64,000 nt of DNA from assembly GCF_964204645.1 (NCBI RefSeq), contig NC_134027.1, forward strand, positions 13,734,485 through 13,798,484, read 5' to 3'. Within the stretch, counting starts at the first letter, position 1; each line of letters starts with the position of its first letter. Shown here piece after piece: positions 1-12,175 of this stretch. The DNA comes from Tubulanus polymorphus. Taxonomy: Eukaryota > Animalia > Nemertea. The notes beneath the pieces were generated by a model. That model made no database searches. It was not told the origin of the DNA and worked only from the letters and a program-made list of their open reading frames with translations. The position numbers were made by a program, and so were the translations under genes.

Positions 1-376
1 AAAATGAAAGAAGTTTTTTTCATTAAATAACTTAATTTATCATGAATAATTATTCAAACTGTTATAGCAGTAAGAAGATGAACACTGTCTTTTTTGTCTG
101 GTAGAATCAATATTTCTTGTGACCTGAAAATACTTCGTAGAAAACTCGGCGTATAAGTCGAGGTCAATAATTTAGTGGTAAAATCAAGGGTTAAAAACTC
201 GACTTATATGCCGGTTTTTACGGTAGATTATTTAAAAATCGTTTGTATCGAAATAAACAATTAATTCAAGGTTAATTCTAAGTATTTTAGATACATTGTT
301 TTCGTAATTCATTTTTTGAACATATGATTTTATTTGTATATTCCACTCTCATATACCCTTACCCTTATGAAAATGG

Positions 377-640
377 TACACGTGTAATTGTAAATGAAAA
401 TACACGTGTATTTCAAGTACACGTGTAAAATTGGCCCAATTTTACACGTGTACTTTATCCCAATTACACGTGTACTTCATCCTTATTACACGTGTACTTC
501 ATCCAAATTACACGTGTACTTCATCCTTATTACACGTGTTTTTCATCTTGTATTACACGTGTACTTTATCCTAATTACATGTGTATTTCATCCAATATTA
601 CACGTGTCTTACACGTGTACTTCATGCTAAATACAGGTGT
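377..640. repeat. Left subterminal array of palindromic TACACGTGTA motifs
   Basis: About a dozen copies at 10-25 bp spacing; mirrored at 5.63-5.86 kb. Confidence 0.9.
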
Positions 641-1075
641 CTTCAATTGCTATTTTTTGTTGAATTCAAATCAAACCACCATGTGAGGACCATCTCCTTA
701 ATCCATGTGCTGTTTAGAACTCAAGAGATTCACATTTTCCATACTAACTGATTTATTCATCTTCATAAATTTTATAAATCTTTGAGTAATGGCATGTCTT
801 ATGTTGGCCTCTTTCGCACCCTTCTCCTTTTGACATTGTTCTGAAATGATAACCATTTGAAAAAAATTAAGCAAAAGTATAAAATGATTTCTTTACCCGG
901 ATAAATAATTCAACTTCAGCTGCTTGGGATGATGATTGAATTCTGTAGCTTTTTCTAAGAGTCTTCTGCATATAACAGTTAACAGTTTTTGCACTCTTCA
1001 ATGACTTGATTTTAAGCCATATGGTGAAATGCTTGACAATCTGGAAATTTCAATGTTCAACGCCACCTGATGAAA

Positions 1076-1874
1076 AACAAGGGGTCTAGGGACACCATGC
1101 CCATATGGTTTCGAATGCTAACCAATCAACATAATAAAATAGAAACAGGACATTGAAACTCACCACTATCATAGAACATGTCACAAGCTACAATTTCATA
1201 ATTGATCGATGTTATAAAGTATTCATAGGTACAAAAATAAATTAGACAAATTGTATATAATTCAATATTCAACTCCCCCTGGTGGTGAGAACAAAAACCT
1301 GGGTAACCCCAATTCCACATGAGATGAATACTACAACAGTGGTAACAATTATCAAATATCAAGACTATAAGTCAAAACCTGTTGATATTTTCCTTCAAAA
1401 ACCTTTTTCTATCTACGAATAAGAACTGATGACACTAAGATGGCTGCCAAATGTGTCACGCTTGACTGATCGAAAAATCTGTCTCGTATGTTTTAGATTG
1501 TTAAGAATGTACACCCATTACAAATTTCAAAGAAAAATTGCAAACCATTAGGCAGCTACAAGGCAAAAATGACCTTTTTGGGTACAAAAAAGGTCACATG
1601 ATGGCCATCTTGTGTCAAGATTGAAGTATCTTCAAAATTTCCCTTGAAAACTTCAAAAAATTGCATAAGTGATGATTTTGGGGAACGAAAATGGCCAATG
1701 CAGTTGGCCATCTTGATTCGGAGCAGTTTTGGGCTGGAGACATGGCTAGGATAGATATATGTATAACTTAAATATCAAGAGTATTAAAACTTCCCAAAAT
1801 ACTGGATTCCAACAACAGACGAACAAAGGGTGAATGCAATAGCCCGCTTGGACTAAAGTCTCAAATGGACTAAA
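1076..1874 (-). mobile_element. HINE-like (non-autonomous Helentron) family A, degenerate copy 1, nested in the CACTA element
   Basis: Reverse-complement similarity to both ends of 40930-42192 (GGGGTCTAGGGACACCATGCCCA...GCAATAGCCCGCTTGGACTAAAGTC). Confidence 0.75.
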
Positions 1875-4798
1875 GCTGGGGACACATTAGGCAATTTCGT
1901 CGAGCACTTATGTTGTGCAACGAAATCGTCAGTAAAATCACCTAATTTGTCAGGGTCTGCGCCGACTGAATCGCCCGAATCCAACACGTCCTTCGACTGA
2001 ATCACCCAACGCATCAGGACACGGTGATTGTTCGCCTCGAGCGCCATATTAAACGTTAAACCCTCCCCTTTTCTGACCAAGTGCCCTTTTGAATCACAGG
2101 TGAAAAATTCCACCCTATGATCGAAGTGCACAAACCCCATACTACCGTTTCACACCGTGAGACCTGTATTGACTAGTGCCCTTTTCATAAGAGCTGAACC
2201 CTCGTTCTTCCAGCTTGGATCCGCCCCTGTAAATCAACAACAAATGAACGCTAGCCATTATATATTGAATTCATGTACTTACGTATTATTTAGCTGACCC
2301 GGTTTGGGTCCAACTTTTTTCCTCATGGAAGACTTTCATTGCTTCGCATCCAGTCCAATGCCTTGACATTTAGTTCTTCTTTTAAATGAGTGGACGACAG
2401 CATGCATGCACCCAACAGTATTAGGTTTTCAGAATAATCAGCGTATGGCAGCAGCTGTTGTATCATTCAATAGTGAGTAGGCATCCTAAAATGAGAAGAA
2501 TTTACAATGCTCACGCTGTAATCTATACTAAAACCATTTCGACGCTCATATAATCTATTATGTAAATACCTGATTTTCATCACACTGTCATTGTTGAGAA
2601 ATCAGTGGAAAATTGAAGGCTCTCTCGCGCTAACATCATTTTCCAACAATCCCCTGGTGGACACATTTTTAAGCCAAAAAATGGGAATTCCAATTTTATA
2701 GTGTCGGTCTGGATCAATTCTTATTGGTGTAGACCCTATAAAGTTTGAAAAAAAATGGTCAAGAATTGATTGCACTAACGTCGTTTTTGCCGACAATCGA
2801 AACTCCGACAGCGACCTAATTTCATGTCCAGCATACAAATTTAATGGCGATGATGGGCGCACAACAAAATCAAAATGATCCTGCGGTTTTTAGATTGGAT
2901 GAATAAACACCAAAGAAACTCCATTTTTATCCCTCACGATTGGAATGATCACTCACAATTTTTTCACTAGACATTCAATCATTTAAGGCCTACTAATAAC
3001 CATAACTAATTCAAATTCAATTCAATACTAAAAATAAAGATTCTAGGCCTACAATATTTACTTAGTCATGTTAGTTTTCATTCCAATAAGCATATTCTTT
3101 TAGTGACCTTGTGGTGGCCTGAAGCCCAACACAATAAACCTTTACTTTACTACATGTACATAACAATAATAATACCTGAACAATCCACAACGCGTCCTTT
3201 AAACGCGGGATAATAAATCAAATGGCCTTCGACTTTTTCTGTTCCACTTCCATTCGAATCCACTCTAATGAATCTAATCATTCAATGATCCACTATGTGT
3301 TTCACCTCAAACAAAGAAGCAGTGTCACTTTTGGTCCAGTTGTCAATGATCCCCTATTATACATTGTCATCCAATGCGTTTTGCAATAATTATGAGAATA
3401 TAATACTGAATAGATCGTGAAAGCCTGTGAAAACGGCGTGAAAACGTGTTGCTTAACAATGGCAATATGGCTGCCACTGCGCAGGGGTGCTTGGGAGTTC
3501 AATTGAAATAGATTATTTAATTATTAATAAGTTTTACATCAGCATTTTAGTTCTTTTAGAATTTAAGAATAATCGTGATAAGTGATATTTAATTAGTAAA
3601 AAAATTACTTATACTAAGTTATTATGAAGCTATCAATTAAGTAAGTTGAAAATAACGATTCAGTGAAGAAATGACGATCATTTAAATATACGCTGTATTA
3701 TAAAAATAGACAAAAAGGTGCATGAATAAGGCCTGTTAGTATTTAAATCAACATTTAGATGAGATTATTTTGTCTAGGTTGTTTTTCTGTTCATTGAAAA
3801 CCATTTAATCGGAGCTAGTCAGTTCGTCAGTGAGGTTTTTATTTTAGTAGTGTTCCAAAATGGAAGACAAATAACATAAAGATGCACTTTTTAGTGGAAA
3901 AATTACCGGTAAATATCGATGTATACCAACCGAATTCGTCTTTTGCAAGCATGGAGTTTGAAAAAGAAATTGCAAGTAGAAGGCCAGTTAAAATACGCGA
4001 GTAGGCCTACATGTTAAACATTTGGAGGTAAGATCAATTTAAATCTAAGCAAATCAAATTGACTTTATTGGTCCTTATCAATAATAATGTTAAACAAGTA
4101 AATTATTGGTTTGACAGTTCAATAAAGTTGACAGGACAAACAAGAGACATGGAGAATTATGCTATTGCATAGGCCAATTGTTTAGTTTAATGTTAATGTT
4201 GTTAGTTTTCACAAGCGGGCTCAGTGCTAATTGAGGGGATGGCCTCTGTCTGTCTCAGTGTCTGTATATTGGATGATCGCATTGTACCACATACTTTTTA
4301 TGTGTATAACATACAAAATATGGTGTATACATATATAATGGATAATGTATGATAGACAATGCTAGGTATTTCGTATATAAGCCCTTACAGACAAAAAATC
4401 CAGGTCCGATCTGGTACGTTATGCATGTTCATCGCAACAATAGGCTACGAAATCGCTAGCTGGAAACCAACCTACGTATAGGCCTACTGTAGCCTTAAGT
4501 TCTATATGCTTGGGAATAATTTATTCTCAAATTACTTCTTGTTTTGTAGTTTGTAATATGTTGCTAAATGATGGACATTTTGATTTTTCAAGAAGTCGAT
4601 TTTGAGAATCTGGAAGATTTAAGAATTGAAAATGGCCACAATCCACCAATAATGCAGACAATGGTTGTGACGACATAAGTTAGTAATACAGTGCCTTATG
4701 ACTAAAGTGAATGCAATCATAATTGCCAATCTACTCATCCGATATGAACTTGACCAATTACCAAAATGTTTAATCTGTTTTGCAGCCACAGCTCATTG

Positions 4799-5030
4799 AT
4801 GGAAATAGATGATCCTCTCCACACAAATGCTGAGGTGACCCTTCGTGGGGCTGTTACTACTATTATGTTCTCCCTCAAAGCTGGATCCACATCAACTGTT
4901 TTGACTGGATTGTTGGATCGGTTGAATTTACTGTTACTGAGAAGCGGTTCTACGCAGTTCTAAATGCCTATTTTGAAAAGATTTTCTCTATGTGCGGAGG
5001 TGAACAAATATTACTGCGCTGTATGTAAGA
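4799..5030 (+). pseudogene. EnSpm/CACTA transposase N-terminal remnant
   Basis: DDPLHTNAEVTLRGAVTTIMF...LTGLLDRLNLLL, then across frameshifts YFEKIF and EVNKYYCAVCK. Resembles the DxPLY..LxxLLxL..F.K.F..YYCxxC pattern of animal EnSpm transposases (recalled pattern). Confidence 0.55.
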
Positions 5031-5629
5031 CATTATTAAAAAAACTGCAGGTATGATACAAATGTTCATTATGTGATATACAGTACGATAAGGCAACATT
5101 AGAGGAAAAAGGACATTTTTTGTGTATGGGCCTACAAGGAAAGCAGAACACTTGGAGCTGGTGACAGCAATATATTCAACATTTTTCATAAATAACATTG
5201 TAATTCGGGGCCTGGGCAGTCCCCTAAGCCTCTAGTTATCTTGATAATAAATGAAATATCCAAAATTTTTTGTTCAGATCATGATTTTTGTGAAACAGTT
5301 TTTGCATTTATTCAGAGGGCAACAAAGACATGTGCTTCATTCATACAGGATCCAATCTAGTCAATACAGGACAAACAACATGATTTTTTGACATGGCATC
5401 CTGGAAAAAACTACTAAATGAGGATCAAACAATTAAAAAGACAGGAGATTCCTTCAATTCTCCGAACATTACATGCAAAATCTTACTTTTTATGAAATCA
5501 TGTGAAGCTAAATGATGTAATTACAAATTTTATTGCAGTTTACAAAAGTGACCAATTATGAGAAACAAGGTACATGTATAATTTTTTAGCCAAGGTACAT
5601 GCATCCAGATTGCATATGTATTTCAGAAG

Positions 5630-5856
5630 CCACACATGAATTTACACATGTTTTTAAAATACACGTCCTAAGTTACACGTGTATTTCAAAATACACCTCT
5701 TCAGTACACGTGTAATTCAAAATACATGTCCAAACTACACGTGTATTTTAGAAATACACGTGTTTTACACATGTACTTCAAAATACACGTCAAAAGTACA
5801 TGTGTAATTTCATATTACACGTGTATTACACGTGTATTTAGCTAAATACACGTGTA
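5630..5856. repeat. Right subterminal array of TACACGTGTA motifs
   Basis: Same motif, more degenerate, just inside the right TIR. Confidence 0.85.
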
Positions 5857-8206
5857 CCATTTTCATAAGGGTAAAAACAAATTAAGCCTAAAAGACAAAT
5901 TTATTTTTTTGTCTTGTCTTACTTTTCTACAAAATCAAAGATTTATGAACGCACCAGAATGTTTTATAATCGCAAATGTAAAGAATTCTAGGACTGGCAC
6001 TATATTTTAGTATTAATGGATTTAATCCATGATGATGTTATATGAATGAATAGTTTTCCATTTTGTTGAGCGTAATATAATTTAGGGGATTCTTAGCATC
6101 TCAAAAACTTTGATTTTCTATTCACAGAACTGTATTCAAAGCATACAGAGTTCTGTACACAAAGCATATAGGGTTTAACAGTACCTTTGAACCTGTCACG
6201 TATCACTGCAAATCTTTAACAGATGCTGCTATTTTGAACAGGAAATAACCATGCCATCTCAAAATGGTCACTTTTCAATAGTTGACTTTTAGAAATGATG
6301 TGTTTTGAGAGTAGCTGCTATGGTAGGAGTTACTATCACTAAGTCACTGTTAACAGGCGGGTGGTTTTACAGTCACCTCTACTGCTAGTGTGCACTATCG
6401 AAACCAGATGTTTCAAAATGGTCACTTTTCAATAGTAGACTCTTCGAAACAGCCACTATAGAAAACCAACAGAATTGAAAGGAATACTATTTCAGAGTGA
6501 CTGTTTTGAAATGTATACTACTGGAAAAGTAGCTGATATCGTTAATTGCTTATTGTTCTCAAGTGGCTACTAAGTAAAAGTAGACGTTTGGGCTCAAAAG
6601 TGAGATAGACATGTTCTTGGATTCAGCCTTTCAAGTACTTTAATCTTATTAACGCTGAGTGTGAAATTTGGCTTTTTAGAATATTTCTCTAAATTAAAAA
6701 AAAATGCTGATAGCATGACTGGGAAAGTTTCCTATCATTTAAGCATAACCATAATCAAATTTGCCAATCATATTTTGCTTGGGCCTATATCAAGACCTAC
6801 TTTTTACAAAAGTTTCTTACACCTTCAGAAAAGCTTAGTGTTTTCTTCTATTTCACAAAAAAATACTTCAAGTGTCACTTCAAATAACAACCCAGTTATA
6901 AGTCTCGTAATTCTGTTGAACGACAACTTGGTGGAAGACGAGTGGCTTCACTGAAATCTGAATTTATTCTCACAATTTTCAAGTCGTACATGCTTTTCAT
7001 ACCATCACAGAAATGCATCCATATAAGCCCACCCCATTGAATCCCCATTGAAAATTAGTGTCGGTTAAAGAATTATAACAGTAGCCTTGCACTGTGTGTC
7101 TGTGAATCCCACTGTATGACACAATAGACATATGAAAACCACTAGCATGGCTAGGGTCCTTCTCATGAATACTAATTGTAAAACTGGTATGACAGGTGAT
7201 GTGATAATACACACAACATTGATTATTATTAGTTATTAGGTAATGTATTTGATCTGTATTTTATGGTACGAGTGGATATGAATTTAATTATTTGTTAACA
7301 GACAAATGGGTAACGTGTGACCTCTTAAATGTTAATTGGCCACATACGTATAACACTACTGTGGATTTTATTGTATCTCCCTAAAATCCCCATAAAGTTC
7401 CTGTACTTACGGAGGTTTGGTCGCAGGGATTAAATCTTCTGGAATTTCCGCAGTTGGAGGTCCGTTTTTATTATAGCTTACTTAAAGAACAGACCGTGAA
7501 AGCGTCTCATAAAACCGGTGCTACTATCTTTGAAATCTTTTTTTACAACATCATTTTGTGAAACACTGCTGTAATCTAGAACTACTGTGCAGATCAATAA
7601 TGTATATACATGCAATAGCGCTGCGTGGGAAATCTATATTTAGAGTCTGTGGTCGCACGCTTTAATTCATCCAACAAAGCATAGCCTACGTGCTCAATAA
7701 AAGTAGTCATAGTAGTTAGCCTCTAATACTTTTATTTCAAATCTTTAGATGTTTCTTAAACGCCTCTGTTTTCATCCCTGTGGCATTTAATACTAATCTC
7801 AAAAGCTTCTCTGAAAAGATCTATGGAAGGCGAAAACCACCAAAACATGGTTATAATAATAACCATCATAATATCATATAATATAACCATCATCTATATA
7901 ATATAATATAACAAAAATATAATATAACATAACCATATAATATAACCATCATCTATTTACACCTTTTTATTATCGAATGACATATTATGTCATTCGATAA
8001 TAAAAAGGTGTAAATAGATGATGAAAACATATAAAAAGGTGATAAAACATGAAAAACTGTCAAAAGGTGATTAACCTCTTGACCGCCTGTACCGATATAG
8101 TCGGTATCATCACGATAGGTAAAAAACAATATCCGTGTTGACGCGATGAGGAGAGAATCCCACAATGATAATAAAAAGTCCGAAAATGAAACTTTGAGAT
8201 AGTAGT

Positions 8207-8252
8207 TTATTCAACGTTTCGACTATATCCTAATAGTCATCTTCAGGAATAA
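8207..8252 (-). ncRNA. Minimal type I hammerhead ribozyme (PLE pLTR)
   Basis: Minus strand reads TTATTC-CTGAAGA-T-GACTAT(TAGGAT)ATAGTC-GAAA-CGTT-GAATAA: stem I, CUGANGA core, stem II, GAAA, palindromic AACGUU. Confidence 0.88.
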
Positions 8253-8560
8253 TGAGATACTACAGAAATTATGAGATATATATACAATCCAGAGACAAAG
8301 AGACTAATTCAAGTAATCAGAGATGATACAAACTAAAGGAAAATTAACGTAGAAACAGTTACACGCTAAAATAGATTAAAGGGAAGCAAACTAAGGGGTG
8401 ATTATAAACAACAATAGTGAGTATAAATATAAATGAAACTTAAAGTCAGTAGTAAAAAGAAGACAAACTAAGGGGCACTTAAATTAAAACAAAGGTGAAT
8501 ACAAGTTAAGTCAGAGACGAAATTGATGAGAGAACAAATAACAAATAATCAAAGGGGAAA

Positions 8561-10384
8561 TCAAGTGTTGAGTTTAACCAGTTTACAGAGGAATTTTGAT
8601 ATAAGTTTATTATGGGGTGAAAAACCATTATTAAGGTTTACAACGTTGTTCGAATTTTCAATAATTAATGCAGATTCCAAAATATGTCTTCTAGTTTTAT
8701 CGCTGCAAGGGTAAACTAATTCAGCATTAGCAAAATCAAAATTGTGTGAAGTCTGAAAAACATGACTAGCAACTCCGCTTTCAGGTTTAAAGTTTTTTAC
8801 ATCTAATTTATGCTCTTTTATGCGTTGATTAAGATTCCGACCTGTTTCTCCTATATATACTTTGTCGCAAACTTTACAAGGTATTTTATAAATTCCACAG
8901 TTTAGGGATTCGGTTTTCGGTTTGTTGTTAATCAATATGTTACTAAGTTTATTATTGTATTTAAAGATGAGTTGTTTATTTAGTGACCGAAGAGAAACTT
9001 TAGAATTCTCGAGGAAAGGTACATACGGTACAATGATAGGCTGTTTATCGGTAGCCAACGTAGGAGTTCTAAGGTTGTTATTTCTAAAGTGCGTAGTACG
9101 AGCTTTAAGTAGAGCTTTTTTCAATAGGAAATCGGGGTAGGCAAGTTTTTTGAGAGATTGGTTAATATGGTGAATTTCATCGGGTAGAAATGAGGGGTCG
9201 CAAATTCTCAAAGCGCGAAGAAATAATCCTTGAGCTAAACCGAGTTTAATATCCGGAGAAGTAAAAGAGAAGTAATGGAGGTAGGATTCAGCGTTGGTAG
9301 GTTTCCTATAAACCGCGAATTTCAAAAAGGATCCACAGTTAAAAATCAAAACATCCAGAAAAGGTATTTTACTATAAGATTCCCATTCATACGTAAAAGC
9401 CAGAGACGGGTAAAGGGAGTTTAAATATATAAGAAAGTTATCAACATTGAAGTCAAAGGGAACCAAAGCCAGAACATCGTCAACATATCTGAGCCAGATT
9501 TTAGGGTGAATATCAGTGTAAAGAGGCAATATTTCAGATTCAACATGTTCTAGGAATAAATTAGCTAGAATAGGACTTAGAGGATTTCCCATAGCGATAC
9601 CGAATGTCTGTTCGTAAAAACAATTGTTGAATTCAAAAAAGGAGTCCGTCGTACAAATAGAGATAAGGTCGATGATACAATCCGTAGGAATGCCGAAGTT
9701 AATGTTAAGTGATGGTAATCTGCGTTTTAAGAAATCAAGAGTAGGTCCAAGAGGAACATTGGTAAAAAGGGAAGTAACATCAAATGATATAAATTTGTCG
9801 TTGCCAGGGATAATATTCTTAATACGTTCAAGTAAGTGTTGATTATGGCGAAGGTGCGACGGAGAGAACGAACCGAGCACCGGAGATAACTGTTTCGCGA
9901 GAAATTTAGATAACCGGTATGTAGGAGAATTACAATTGGAGACTATAGGGCGCAGTGGAACATTATCTTTATGAATTTTAGGCAATCCATAGATATATGG
10001 TAAAGAGGGAAGACGTGAATGGAACTTATTCAGAGTTTCTTTAGCGGAGGGGAAACGTTTAATAATATCCGAAAGACTTCTGTTGAAATTAGCTTGCATA
10101 CGAGGAAGAGGATTCGATTTAAGTTTCTTATAAACACCAGGATTATCCAAGAGAGATTGCATTTTAACATTATAATTATCCAGATCTAAAATCACAATCT
10201 TGCCACCTTTATCAGCCTTAGATATTTTAATAGTCTTTAACTTCCGTAGTTCTTGGAGGGCGAGCCGAAATCGACGGGGTAGATATTCAAAGAGGTTCCT
10301 GTTGAGTTGATCGCAAACAGCCTGTAGATTCATGAATATAAAGTTATAGTCCAAACTGTTCGGAGATGATTTGCGATATTCCAA
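8561..10384 (-). CDS. PLE reverse transcriptase + GIY-YIG endonuclease
   Basis: KADKGG, YGLPKIHK..PLRPIV, SFDVTSLFT, GIAMGNPLSP, RYVDD, PFLD, GIYKIPC..YIGET. The frame continues upstream to ~10555 (VNLS..GLNF) across a +1 frameshift in the A-run near 10430; no true start is present. Confidence 0.95.
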   Translation of the reverse strand: MEYRKSSPNSLDYNFIFMNLQAVCDQLNRNLFEYLPRRFRLALQELRKLKTIKISKADKGGKIVILDLDNYNVKMQSLLDNPGVYKKLKSNPLPRMQANFNRSLSDIIKRFPSAKETLNKFHSRLPSLPYIYGLPKIHKDNVPLRPIVSNCNSPTYRLSKFLAKQLSPVLGSFSPSHLRHNQHLLERIKNIIPGNDKFISFDVTSLFTNVPLGPTLDFLKRRLPSLNINFGIPTDCIIDLISICTTDSFFEFNNCFYEQTFGIAMGNPLSPILANLFLEHVESEILPLYTDIHPKIWLRYVDDVLALVPFDFNVDNFLIYLNSLYPSLAFTYEWESYSKIPFLDVLIFNCGSFLKFAVYRKPTNAESYLHYFSFTSPDIKLGLAQGLFLRALRICDPSFLPDEIHHINQSLKKLAYPDFLLKKALLKARTTHFRNNNLRTPTLATDKQPIIVPYVPFLENSKVSLRSLNKQLIFKYNNKLSNILINNKPKTESLNCGIYKIPCKVCDKVYIGETGRNLNQRIKEHKLDVKNFKPESGVASHVFQTSHNFDFANAELVYPCSDKTRRHILESALIIENSNNVVNLNNGFSPHNKLISKFLCKLVKLNT

Positions 10385-10561
10385 TTGGGTGACAAAGTCT
10401 AAAACATGTTTATCTTGATGAGGAAGAGAAAAAATTCAAACCGTAGCCGAGAAGTTGACACTGAGTAGAAGATAACGTGGTTGAAGACAAATTTACTATG
10501 TTTTCGGTGTTGCTAAATCTAGTCCAAGGGCTGGAATCAATGAGTTTATTCAGTTGGTTGG

Positions 10562-11081
10562 TAACAACCTTAGAACTCCTACGTTGGCTACCGATAAACA
10601 GCCTATCATTGTACCGTATGTACCTTTCCTCGAGAATTCTAAAGTTTCTCTTCGGTCACTAAATAAACAACTCATCTTTAAATACAATAATAAACTTAGT
10701 AACATATTGATTAACAACAAACCGAAAACCGAATCCCTAAACTGTGGAATTTATAAAATACCTTGTAAAGTTTGCGACAAAGTATATATAGGAGAAACAG
10801 GTCGGAATCTTAATCAACGCATAAAAGAGCATAAATTAGATGTAAAAAACTTTAAACCTGAAAGCGGAGTTGCTAGTCATGTTTTTCAGACTTCACACAA
10901 TTTTGATTTTGCTAATGCTGAATTAGTTTACCCTTGCAGCGATAAAACTAGAAGACATATTTTGGAATCTGCATTAATTATTGAAAATTCGAACAACGTT
11001 GTAAACCTTAATAATGGTTTTTCACCCCATAATAAACTTATATCAAAATTCCTCTGTAAACTGGTTAAACTCAACACTTGA
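10562..11081 (+). pseudogene. Inverted duplicate of the PLE GIY-YIG 3' region
   Basis: Translation identical to the C-terminal ~172 aa of the 8561-10384 ORF. Confidence 0.9.
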
Positions 11082-11389
11082 TTTCCCCTTTGATTATTTG
11101 TTATTTGTTCTCTCATCAATTTCGTCTCTGACTTAACTTGTATTCACCTTTGTTTTAATTTAAGTGCCCCTTAGTTTGTCTTCTTTTTACTACTGACTTT
11201 AAGTTTCATTTATATTTATACTCACTATTGTTGTTTATAATCACCCCTTAGTTTGCTTCCCTTTAATCTATTTTAGCGTGTAACTGTTTCTACATTAATT
11301 TTCCTTTAGTTTGTATCATCTCTGATTACTTGAATTAGTCTCTTTGTCTCTGGATTGTATATATATCTCATAATTTCTGCAGTATCTCA

Positions 11390-11435
11390 TTATTCCTGAA
11401 GATGACTATTAGGATATAGTCGAAACGTTGAATAA
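11390..11435 (+). ncRNA. Minimal type I hammerhead ribozyme (inverted pLTR copy)
   Basis: Same motif on the + strand. Confidence 0.88.
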
Positions 11436-11717
11436 ACTACTATCTCAAAGTTTCATTTTCGGACTTTTTATTATCATTGTGGGATTCTCTCCTCATAGTC
11501 GGTATCACCGTTTCTCCCCGGAATGTCGGTACCGATTGTCGGTATTTATGTATATGGGATTCGACCTGCCTTTGCAAGGTCTACTGTGTATCGAGTAACA
11601 TTACGCATATATAGGTACCGTAGTAAACATTCACGTACTTGAAATGGAAGCAATTTCATGAATTTGCTGGTGTTTTGATGACAAGGGATACAATCTATGT
11701 GTATGAGTGAGATTCTC

Positions 11718-11994
11718 ATGGCTAATCGTAGACCTAAACGGTATGATCTTGCAGCTGTTGTTGATCAAATAAACGATGATGATTTTAGTTATTCAAGCGG
11801 AAATGAAAGTGAAAATGCCAATTTCCATGATGGCAGTGATCAGGATGTTGTCAGTGACAGTGATAATACTGATGATAGGGCCTTACAGGATGCTGAAGAT
11901 GACGAATCTAGCGATGCTGATAGAGCGTCGCCGTCGGTTTCTGCTATGGATTCAGATCATAGTGATGATAATGGCACTGCCAGCGAATCTGAAG
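11718..11994 (+). CDS. piggyBac transposase exon 1 (acidic N-terminus)
   Basis: D/E/S-rich frame ending at GAAG|GTATGT donor, phase 1; alternative in-frame ATGs at 11697 and 11703. Confidence 0.75.
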
Positions 11995-12175
11995 GTATGT
12001 ACACATCAACTCTCAACATGAATAATGTCAGTGTCACATTTCAGTGTGAATTATTGCTCGAGGCCTACTTTACGGTACCTATAATTTCTTTGTATTCCTC
12101 CGTGTTTTCGTTTTTGAGTACGGTCTTGAAGTTATAGGCAAAATTCTCATGAATTTCTGGTTATTTATTTTTCAG

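Larger units (their letters stand above)
362..5871. mobile_element. Decayed CACTA/EnSpm(CMC)-type DNA transposon
   Basis: TIR CCCTTATGAAAATGGTACACGTGTA at 362 with its reverse complement ending at 5871; TA on both flanks (2-bp TSD); subterminal arrays of palindromic TACACGTGTA at both ends; transposase-like remnant at 4.8-5.0 kb. Confidence 0.8.
8110..11496 (-). mobile_element. Penelope-like retroelement, 5'-truncated, with inverted pseudo-LTRs
   Basis: 935-bp inverted arms (8146-9080 / 10562-11496); 36-bp tail 8110-8145; 13-bp TSD ATAGTCGGTATCA (8097-8109, 11495-11507, first 2 nt overlapping the arm end). Confidence 0.95.

Noticed and set aside
394-686. ORFs of 78 and 64 aa
   Set aside because: Translations of the TACACGTGTA repeat array.
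6997-7212. Minus ORF with FNG..YGC resembling a CACTA motif
   Set aside because: Match too short and spacing wrong; no TIRs found.
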